DNA of 32,373 nucleotides from a bacterium (GTDB lineage Bacteria; Chlamydiota; Chlamydiia; Chlamydiales; JAFEGQ01): NCBI GenBank assembly GCA_021809305.1, contig JAKBAF010000001.1, positions 1 to 32,373 of the forward strand, read 5' to 3'. Shown piece by piece: positions 25,428 to 32,373 of this stretch (position 1 is its first letter; each line of letters starts with the position of its first letter). The notes under the pieces were generated by a model. It saw only the letters and a program-made list of their open reading frames with translations, ran no database searches and was not told where the DNA came from. The position numbers and the translations under genes were made by a program.

Positions 25428-26212
25428 CCAAGGAGCTCAGATTTAAGCCACATCGCACCCTCGAAGAAAGTCTCGCGCTTTGTGCCGTGGCCATGGTGGC
25501 CGATCGAGGGGGTGATGATGAGCTCAGCAGCAGGTGGTCTTTGATGGGCCTCAAAGGCAGCATCGGCAAGCGCTGTGATGAATTCGAAGGCGAGTTTGGT
25601 GCTAACAAGTGTATCGCGGTTGCCGATGTAGAAGCGAAAATGGGTCTTGATGAGGAGGGAGGTAAGGTTGATAAGAGCGAGCTCTTGGACGGCCTCTTGT
25701 GTGGCGATAGGAGAAAAATCTTTAGCAAAGCTTAGGTCAACAAGAGGGGCGAATCCGAGAACGGCTTTGATTGCGGGGAGCCTTGCGCTTAAGTGTGTTG
25801 CAAAGAAGGCTCCGCGAGAGAGGCCAGCGCTCGCCATACGGCTAGGATCTGCAACGCCTCGCTCAATCAGAAGCTGGCACGCTCTAGCACACTCATCAAT
25901 GAAATCTGTAAGGGGAGACCTGCCAGCCGCCATCTCATCGGCCCATTTTTTTATTGCCTCGTGAGGGTTCTCCTCTCTTGTGTGAGCAGGGAGGTCGAGC
26001 GAGAAGATGCGCAGAGGCGCTCCTTGCAGAAAGGCCACAGGCTGATTAAAGGGCGAGGTGGCGAGGCTATCTTCACCTGAGAGGGAGAAGTAGATGAGCG
26101 TTGGGAGCGGCCCTGCATCTAAGGGGGCGCCAGTATAATAGAGGGTGCGACCCCAGGGAGTCTCGTAGGGAAGTGGGAGGACCTGTGGGGGCTCTCTAAC
26201 ATCTTGTGGCAT
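25424..26212 (-). CDS. Alpha/beta-fold serine hydrolase (esterase/dienelactone-hydrolase-like)
   Basis: 262 aa. Nucleophile elbow GLSRG, and candidate acid (GNRD) and His (GHHGHG) residues in the canonical order. Its stop overlaps the lpxB start by 4 nt. Confidence 0.7.
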   Translation of the reverse strand: MPQDVREPPQVLPLPYETPWGRTLYYTGAPLDAGPLPTLIYFSLSGEDSLATSPFNQPVAFLQGAPLRIFSLDLPAHTREENPHEAIKKWADEMAAGRSPLTDFIDECARACQLLIERGVADPSRMASAGLSRGAFFATHLSARLPAIKAVLGFAPLVDLSFAKDFSPIATQEAVQELALINLTSLLIKTHFRFYIGNRDTLVSTKLAFEFITALADAAFEAHQRPPAAELIITPSIGHHGHGTKRETFFEGAMWLKSELLG

Positions 26213-26218
26213 GACAGA

Positions 26219-27433
26219 CTACTCCTCTTTGGGGAGGCGGCGGCGAGAAGGCCGCTTAGGGAGCTCTTTGTAGGTGTTGTAGACCTCTGTGACGCTGGGG
26301 TCAACAAGTGATCGTAGAGAGAGAAACTGGAGGGCGAGATGGAAGTCGGGGTGGCTCGCCACTCGAGCGCGACGGACAACAGGGCCGCTTTGAGGGTTAA
26401 GGCGCAGCTGCGATTCAAGAATGAAGCCGATAAAGGCGCGGAGCTTTCTTGGGAATTCGAGGAAGGAGTTGGAGAGGGCCTCCTCTTCGATCTGCCAGGC
26501 GAGCTCATGGATTGCCGTAGAGGTGGCCTCTTTTCCGGTCTCTGCGATGTGCTCTTCGAGCTTATCTTGAAGAAGGGGGAAGAGGAGTGATGAGACGAGG
26601 ACTGCGCGGTCAAGGGGAGGCGCCTCTTTGGTTGCCAGGACGTAGTTATCAGCAGCACGGAGGTAGGCGAAGATAGTGCTACCGACCTCTCGTCGCATAG
26701 CAATAGCTAGAGCTGGAAAGAGAAGATCGAGGAAGCCAAACTCTTGCAGGAGGTGGAAGAAGGGCTCGGAGGCACCGGATTCGAGCATCCGAAGCATCTC
26801 TTCTAGAAGGCGGGCAGGTGAGCTCTTGAGAATCTCGTCTCGACACTCTGAGAGCGCGGAGAGGATCTCCTGATCGATCTGAAAACCGAATCGAGCCCTA
26901 AATTTGAGACAGCGGATCATTCTAACAGGATCTTGGCGGAATCTTGCACTTGGGGTGCCAATGGTGCGAAGGAGATGGAGGGTGAGGTCCTTGAAGCCAC
27001 CAACGTAGTCGATGATCTTGTGGTCACTTGGATCGTAGAAGAGGCCGTTGATGGTAAAATCGCGTCGCAGGACATCCTGTTCGGGCGAGCCCCACACATT
27101 ATCGCGTAGGATAAGATTGGACTCCTCTGTCTCGCCAGATCGGAAGGTGGAGACCTCAATGATCTGCTTGCCGAAGCGCACATGAGCTAAGCGAAAGCGG
27201 CGACCGATGAGAATGCAATTTCTAAAGAGACGTTTGACCTGTTCGGGACGGGCAGAGGTTGAGATGTCGAAGTCTTTCGGCTCTTTGCCCATGAGAAGGT
27301 CGCGGACGCCTCCACCCACAAGATAGGCGATGAACCCCTCCTCTCTCAGGCGTGAGAGGACAAAAAGCGCATCCTTATCGATGGAGCTGTCGCGGATATC
27401 GTGCTGTTCAGCAAAGTAGACTTTCGGCTGCAC
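26219..27433 (-). CDS. pcnB: Poly(A) polymerase I (tRNA nucleotidyltransferase/poly(A) polymerase family)
   Basis: 404 aa. LVGGGVRDLLMGKEPKDFDI plus the PcnB-type GRRFRLAHVRFGKQIIEVSTFR. GTG start at 27433. Confidence 0.85.
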   Translation of the reverse strand: MQPKVYFAEQHDIRDSSIDKDALFVLSRLREEGFIAYLVGGGVRDLLMGKEPKDFDISTSARPEQVKRLFRNCILIGRRFRLAHVRFGKQIIEVSTFRSGETEESNLILRDNVWGSPEQDVLRRDFTINGLFYDPSDHKIIDYVGGFKDLTLHLLRTIGTPSARFRQDPVRMIRCLKFRARFGFQIDQEILSALSECRDEILKSSPARLLEEMLRMLESGASEPFFHLLQEFGFLDLLFPALAIAMRREVGSTIFAYLRAADNYVLATKEAPPLDRAVLVSSLLFPLLQDKLEEHIAETGKEATSTAIHELAWQIEEEALSNSFLEFPRKLRAFIGFILESQLRLNPQSGPVVRRARVASHPDFHLALQFLSLRSLVDPSVTEVYNTYKELPKRPSRRRLPKEE

Positions 27434-27465
27434 TCAACTATATAATAATTCTGTTAGAGGGTACA

Positions 27466-27495
27466 ATGATACCACGCCCTTCCCAATTCATGCAA
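27466..27495 (-). promoter_or_regulatory. Candidate sigma70/66-type promoter for pcnB-hydrolase-lpxB
   Basis: On the minus strand: TTGCAT (27495-27490), 18 nt, TATCAT (27471-27466). About 30 nt upstream of the GTG start. Confidence 0.35.
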
Positions 27496-27514
27496 GGTTG
27501 CGTTCCTTGCTCTG

Positions 27515-30013
27515 TCACCTCTGCCACAAGATGTGAGCCGCTTCTAGGGGAATTGCGACACCTGGGTAGTAGGGAATAATGCGTGGCGTGAAACTTGCTG
27601 CCGGATAGTTGACAGCCACCTCTGCGCGATAGATATGCCCATTCGGCGTATTGGGAATCTGCCTCTGATACTCCATGGCCTTTGTCATGGCTGCCGAATA
27701 GAGCTCTACCTTAATCGACTGGCGGTCCAAATTATTGAGATAGACCTGAACCTCAAATAGATGCCGATTCGTATCCGATTCAATCTTGAATTCGCCGAAT
27801 CCCAGTTTACCCCAATTCTCTTCAAGTGAGCCCTGCCAATCGACTATCTCTTTCGCAAGCGCGCCGCTATTTTCAGCTCGCTTGCGATAGGACAGAGCGG
27901 CGCTGAGATAGAATTTCTCTGTGTATTCGCGCACTGTGCGGTTAGATGAGAAGTGGGGTGTCAATTGCGCCATGCTCTCTCGGATCCTGGCTATCCAAGA
28001 AAGAGGGATCCCTCTTGCATCCCTTGTATAAAATTCCGAGGTCACCTCGCCCTCTAGCAAGTCGTAGAGGGCACTTGCCTCCACTAGATCCCAGCTAGGA
28101 TCGTGGTCATGCTCCTGCCCATCTCCCAATGCCCAACCGAGCTCTGGAGCGTAGGCTTCTGCCCACCAGCCGTCTAACTCAGAGAGATTCAAGCCTCCAT
28201 TGACGAGCACCTTCATTCCACTAGTTCCGCTCGCCTCCCAGGGCCTTTGTGGAGTGTTGATCCACAAATCAACGCCCTGCACCAGCTGCTCTGTCATGAT
28301 CATGTCGTAGTCACTAAGGAAGATCACATGAGCGCGCGCCTCAGGCCGAGCAATGAACTTCATCCATTTTTTGATTAAGTCGTGCCCCACACGGTCTGCA
28401 GGATGAGCCTTTCCAGCAAGAATGAGCTGCACGGGACGATCCCTATTTGTTAAGATCCGGAGGAGTCGATCCTCATCGGTAAGCAGTAGATCAGGCCTCT
28501 TATAGGCTGCAAAGCGGCGCGCAAAACCTAGAGTCAAAGCCTCTGGATTTAAAAAGGATCGCGCGCTCTCTATCTCATCATCAGATGCGCCCCTGGCTCC
28601 CAGCTGTCTGATGAGCCTTGTGCGGGTATAATCAACTAGGATGCGGCGCGATTGCTTACGCATCTGCCAAATTTGCTCCTCTGGAACCATGCGGATCTTT
28701 GTCTCTAGCTCCTCTGTTGTCCCAAGCCACCTCTCTTTTCCGCAGGCCGCCGTCCAAAGATCATCGGAGAGCGATGAGTCCCAGGTAGGCGTGTGAACGC
28801 CATTCGTTACAAATCCGATCGGAACCTCCTCCTCAGGGAAGCGGGGGAAGAGATCTTTAAATAGGTGTCGGCTGACCGCTCCATGCAATTGCGAGACGCC
28901 ATTGACAAAACCGCTTCCTCGAATAGCTAAGTAGGCCATGTTAAAATCATCATTTGGATTTAGCTGACCGAGGGCAAGGAGCCTTTCAAGCGGTATGCCC
29001 AGACTAGTTTGTGCATACCGTCCAAGATATTGGGAGATCAGATCGGGGGAGAATCGATCAAACCCAGCGGCCACTGCCGTATGGGTTGTAAAGAGGTTGC
29101 CGACGCGCGTGGCAGCGAGTGCAACCTCGAAGGGTTGCTGTGTCTCCTTCATAAAAGAGGAGGCGCGCTCTAGCACTGCAAAAGCGGCATGCCCCTCATT
29201 TAAGTGGCAGATTTCAGGTTGTATTCCCAGGGCATTTAAGAGGCGCCATCCGCCAATGCCGAGAACGAGCTCCTGTTTTAAGCGGAGCTCTCTATCGCCC
29301 CCATAGAGCTCGCTTGTTATTCCTCGGTGACCCGGAAAATTAGCTACATCATTGCTGTCTAGCAAATAGAGCTTTGTTCTACCCACTTTGACCTCCCATG
29401 CCCGGAGCCAAAGTGACCAGCCAGGCAATTCAATTTTCAAGCGGAGCCACTCCCCATTCGGCAAAAGGCAGGGCCTGATCGGCAATTGTCCTGGGTCGTT
29501 GTAGGGGTAGAGCTCTTTTTGATCGCCATTTTTATCGATGAACTGCCGAAAGTAACCCTGGCTGTAGAGCAGTCCGACGGCGACAACTGGCACCCCAAGA
29601 TCGCTTGCCGCCTTGAGCTGATCACCCGCCACATTCCCGAGACCGCCAGAATAGATGGGCAGCGCCTCGCTCAACATAAACTCCATGCTAAAGTAGGCGA
29701 TGCACGTGAGGGGTAAGCAATTATTGTCAGTTTCAAACCAACTGGACCGGCTCAGCTCATTCTTTCTGGCTTTTATGAGATCTTTGATGAGGCCGCCCAA
29801 TCTTTGATCAGCCAAAATGGCCATCAGTTTTTCTCGAGACGAGGCTTGCAAGACGGCCCAAGGGTTATGCGTTAGCTCCCATAATTCTGGGTTGAGCTCG
29901 CGCCATATTGCATCAGCGCTGTGGTTCCAAGATGAGTGGAGGTCTAAGGCGAGATCCTCTAGGGAGTGATATCCCTTCAGATCGACTCGTTGAAATCTAC
30001 CCTGTGGGTTCAT
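27515..30013 (-). CDS. glgP: Alpha-glucan phosphorylase (GT35, alpha-glucan family type)
   Basis: 832 aa. Pyridoxal-phosphate Lys motif in the form EASGTSGMKVLVNGGLNLSELDGWWAE, and GGLGNVAGD near the N terminus. This is the actinobacterial/archaeal-type subfamily, not the MalP/GlgP EASGTSNMK type. Confidence 0.88.
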   Translation of the reverse strand: MNPQGRFQRVDLKGYHSLEDLALDLHSSWNHSADAIWRELNPELWELTHNPWAVLQASSREKLMAILADQRLGGLIKDLIKARKNELSRSSWFETDNNCLPLTCIAYFSMEFMLSEALPIYSGGLGNVAGDQLKAASDLGVPVVAVGLLYSQGYFRQFIDKNGDQKELYPYNDPGQLPIRPCLLPNGEWLRLKIELPGWSLWLRAWEVKVGRTKLYLLDSNDVANFPGHRGITSELYGGDRELRLKQELVLGIGGWRLLNALGIQPEICHLNEGHAAFAVLERASSFMKETQQPFEVALAATRVGNLFTTHTAVAAGFDRFSPDLISQYLGRYAQTSLGIPLERLLALGQLNPNDDFNMAYLAIRGSGFVNGVSQLHGAVSRHLFKDLFPRFPEEEVPIGFVTNGVHTPTWDSSLSDDLWTAACGKERWLGTTEELETKIRMVPEEQIWQMRKQSRRILVDYTRTRLIRQLGARGASDDEIESARSFLNPEALTLGFARRFAAYKRPDLLLTDEDRLLRILTNRDRPVQLILAGKAHPADRVGHDLIKKWMKFIARPEARAHVIFLSDYDMIMTEQLVQGVDLWINTPQRPWEASGTSGMKVLVNGGLNLSELDGWWAEAYAPELGWALGDGQEHDHDPSWDLVEASALYDLLEGEVTSEFYTRDARGIPLSWIARIRESMAQLTPHFSSNRTVREYTEKFYLSAALSYRKRAENSGALAKEIVDWQGSLEENWGKLGFGEFKIESDTNRHLFEVQVYLNNLDRQSIKVELYSAAMTKAMEYQRQIPNTPNGHIYRAEVAVNYPAASFTPRIIPYYPGVAIPLEAAHILWQR

Positions 30014-30085
30014 TTTCGCTCTCGGGTTCTTGCTGATTTCAATACGGCATTTTGGATTTAGTTCGTGCTTTGGACCGTGCGATAA

Positions 30086-30113
30086 TTGAATTTTAGGGAA
30101 GGAGTGCTACACT
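30086..30113 (+). promoter_or_regulatory. Candidate sigma70/66-type promoter for the SDR-like gene
   Basis: TTGAAT (30086-30091), 16 nt, TACACT (30108-30113). Its position argues against the TTG 30120 start in the ORF track. Confidence 0.3.
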
Positions 30114-30152
30114 ACCAGCTTGCGCGAGCAAACTTGCAGGACCCAAGAAAAG

Positions 30153-30968
30153 ATGCGAATTGTCATTATCGGCTGTGGCTATGTGGGGTGCGCTGCAGCG
30201 CTGGCGTTGCGCTCTCAAGGTCACATCGTGACGGCTACAACCACATCGGAGGCGAGGCTTAAGGAACTTGCCGAAGTGGCAGATAAGGTGCGCCTCTTTG
30301 ATTCGCGGAGGCCAGGTGATCTTCGCGAGCTACTTGATGGGCAAGAAGGGCTCCTTCTCTCGGTAGCTCCAAAGGGGCGGGGTGTTGATGAGTACCGTAT
30401 CGCCTACTTAGAGACGGCAAAGCAGCTCGTTGCTCTGCTGGATGGTAGCGGCCTTAAGCAGCTTGTCTACACGAGTAGTGGATCGGTCTATGGAGATCAG
30501 CTAGGGAGTCTTGTCGATGAGGAGACGCCACCACATCCCATGACCCCACAGGCAGAGATTTTGCTTGAGACGGAATCGACCTTCCTTGGCGCAGAGGCCA
30601 GGGGCCTTTGCTGCTGCATCTTTCGACTAGGAGAAATTATCGGACCTAATCGCGCGATCGAGGATCGAGTGCGCCAAATGGCGGGTAGGGTGGTTCCTGG
30701 GGATGGGAGGGGCTTTGTGAACTTAAGTGAGCTTAGCGATATCGTTAAAGGAATTGCTTGGGCCTATGAGAGGCATCTTTCTGGTGTCTACAATCTCTGC
30801 CGCTCCCTTCCAAAGCGAAGGGGGGAGCTCTATGATGAGATCTCAGAGCGGCTTAAATTACCACGCGTTCAGTGGGCTACCAACTTAACCTCTCCTTTCA
30901 GTGGCTCCCGTCGCCTCATAAGTGCCAAGCTTGAGGCGACAGGCTTTGCTTTTGGACCAAACTTGTGA
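30153..30968 (+). CDS. NAD(P)-binding Rossmann-fold protein (atypical SDR/epimerase-like)
   Basis: From ATG 30153: MRIVIIGCGYVGCAAALAL (GxGxxG) followed by an SDR-like fold. Substrate cannot be assigned from sequence. Confidence 0.65.
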   Translation: MRIVIIGCGYVGCAAALALRSQGHIVTATTTSEARLKELAEVADKVRLFDSRRPGDLRELLDGQEGLLLSVAPKGRGVDEYRIAYLETAKQLVALLDGSGLKQLVYTSSGSVYGDQLGSLVDEETPPHPMTPQAEILLETESTFLGAEARGLCCCIFRLGEIIGPNRAIEDRVRQMAGRVVPGDGRGFVNLSELSDIVKGIAWAYERHLSGVYNLCRSLPKRRGELYDEISERLKLPRVQWATNLTSPFSGSRRLISAKLEATGFAFGPNL

Positions 30969-31163
30969 GGCTAGCCACTTTTTGTGCAAAACAGTGCGCT
31001 AAATGGGGGAGGTAGCCTTACGCGCACGGCCCATCTTGAAGCTCTTTTTCCCTGATTAGAGAGCTTCCCTCGCTCCGAAAACGGCTCATCTGGCAGACTC
31101 ACATGCATGCGCCCACCTCAGCTCTATAGAGGCCTTAGGCGCGCGAAAATTTAAGGGGGAGAT

Positions 31164-32373
31164 GTGACAGCGGATAAGAGGGAGGGTCTCCAGGCGGGCC
31201 ACAAGCTTTTTGGCACAGATGGTGTCCGGGGGCGGGCCAATGCCCATCCAATGACAGTGGAGATAGCCCTCGCGCTTGGGAGAGCTGTGGGAAGGGTCTT
31301 CAGGCGAGGTCCTGGCAAGCACAGGGTTGTGATTGGGAAAGATACAAGGCTCTCTGGATACATGTTTGAGAATGCTCTCATCTCGGGCCTCTGCTCGATG
31401 GGGGTGGATACCTTAATGGTTGGGCCTCTACCGACACCCGGTGTTGCCTATATCACGCGTGCCTATAGGGCCGATGCTGGTATCGTGATATCGGCCTCGC
31501 ACAATCCCTATCATGACAATGGTATAAAATTCTTCTCTCCGGAAGGGTTCAAGCTTGAGGATGCCCTTGAAGAGGAGATCGAGGAGGTCGTCCGATCAGG
31601 AAGCTACAGAGAGGTCCTTCCGGCAGATCATGCGCTTGGAAAAAATACGAAGATAGAGGATGCCCAAGGGCGCTACATCGAATTTGTAAAATCTTCCTAC
31701 CCAAGGCAGATGTCGCTCCAGGGTATCAAGATGGTGGTCGACTGTGCCAATGGTGCTTGCTATAGGGTCGCCCCACTCGTCTTTAAGGAGCTTGGAGCTG
31801 AGGTGATCGCCCACGGCATCACCCCCGATGGCTTAAACATTAATGCAGATTGCGGTGCGGTCCATCCTGAGGCAATGGCGAGGCTTGTTGTGGAGAAGCA
31901 GGCCCATATCGGGATCGCCTTTGATGGTGATGGAGATCGGGTCGTCATCGTTGATGAGCAGGGGACCATTCTCGATGGAGATACTCTTCTTGCCATATGC
32001 GCTAAGGAGATGCACGCTCGTCGTGAACTTAATCCACCGCGTGTTGTTGGAACTGTGATGACGAACCTTGGGATCATCCGCTCCCTAGAGGAGATTGGTG
32101 TTGAGGTGGCATGTGCTCCTGTTGGCGATCGCCATGTGCTCCAAGAGATGGTGCGTCGCGGTGCGATACTTGGCGGGGAGCAGAGCGGTCACATGATCTT
32201 TCTCAAGCACAATACTACAGGAGATGGTATCGTCTCTGCTCTCCAGGTGATTCGAATTATGCAGGAGCGAGGCCAACCACTCTCAGAGCTCGCTAACTGG
32301 GTGAAGCGCTATCCTCAGCGGCTTGTTAATATTTCTATCACAAGAAAGGTCCCCTTGCAGGACTTAGCTGAGG
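31164..32373 (+). CDS. glmM: Phosphoglucosamine mutase, 3' end cut by the window edge
   Basis: Absent from the ORF track because it has no stop. GTG 31164 is preceded by AAGGGGGAG. KLFGTDGVRG, active-site SASHNP, AFDGDGDR and GGEQSGH are all in one open frame to nt 32373. Confidence 0.92.
   Translation, partial: MTADKREGLQAGHKLFGTDGVRGRANAHPMTVEIALALGRAVGRVFRRGPGKHRVVIGKDTRLSGYMFENALISGLCSMGVDTLMVGPLPTPGVAYITRAYRADAGIVISASHNPYHDNGIKFFSPEGFKLEDALEEEIEEVVRSGSYREVLPADHALGKNTKIEDAQGRYIEFVKSSYPRQMSLQGIKMVVDCANGACYRVAPLVFKELGAEVIAHGITPDGLNINADCGAVHPEAMARLVVEKQAHIGIAFDGDGDRVVIVDEQGTILDGDTLLAICAKEMHARRELNPPRVVGTVMTNLGIIRSLEEIGVEVACAPVGDRHVLQEMVRRGAILGGEQSGHMIFLKHNTTGDGIVSALQVIRIMQERGQPLSELANWVKRYPQRLVNISITRKVPLQDLAE

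Noticed and set aside
738-26703. Many long ORFs antisense to or overlapping annotated genes (for example 738..1259 -, 10745..11404 +, 14130..14858 -, 16684..17220 +, 17260..17676 +, 26119..26703 -, 6722..7096 -).
   Set aside because: They lie entirely inside strongly supported genes on the other strand or frame. They have Ser/Arg/Pro/Ala-rich low-complexity translations typical of shadow ORFs in GC-rich DNA. None has a recognisable motif or SD.
1-32373. Search for tRNA, rRNA, tmRNA, RNase P RNA, CRISPR arrays, intact IS elements, integrases and toxin-antitoxin pairs.
   Set aside because: I could find no cloverleaf-compatible sequence in the intergenic regions, no conserved RNase P or tmRNA motifs, no regularly spaced direct repeats, and no intact transposase or integrase ORF. 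The only hint of mobile DNA is the degraded fragment discussed at 8440-8760.

Overview
This 32.4-kb window comes from a fairly GC-rich member of the Chlamydiota. I base that on gene order, not on any search. The blocks M16 protease / plant-type GPAT / RNase G, divergent from DUF177-rpmF-plsX, plus pcnB-lpxB and prfB-GNAT-yebC, match what I remember of C. trachomatis CT806-CT811, CT410/411 and CT457-459. Most of the window is housekeeping: valS (5' partial), two tandem Na+:alanine symporters, prfB with its +1 frameshift, two GNATs, yebC, a DUF445 protein, a TVP38/DedA-type protein, the M16 protease, GPAT, rng, yceD-like, rpmF, plsX, lpxB, an alpha/beta hydrolase, pcnB, an alpha-glucan phosphorylase, an SDR-type protein and glmM (3' partial, missing from the ORF track). 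Two patches look accessory. The first (2.47-4.62 kb) holds a small protein with a bilobed hydrophobic domain and an acidic tail (Inc-like), then a two-gene unit encoding a signal-peptide protein and a Cys-rich putative outer-membrane beta-barrel. The second (7.49-12.1 kb) holds an APH-family kinase, about 1 kb of non-coding DNA packed with nested inverted and direct repeats, and a monocistronic 810-aa Ala-rich coiled-coil protein with a hydrophobic anchor at each end and no motif I recognise. That protein is the best candidate here for something undescribed (secreted effector or membrane tether), but this rests on sequence features alone. A second hairpin-dense non-coding stretch lies at 16.5-16.77 kb. 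I found no rRNA, tRNA, CRISPR array or intact mobile element. All calls come from reading the sequence and translations. No database search was run, and start codons are provisional.
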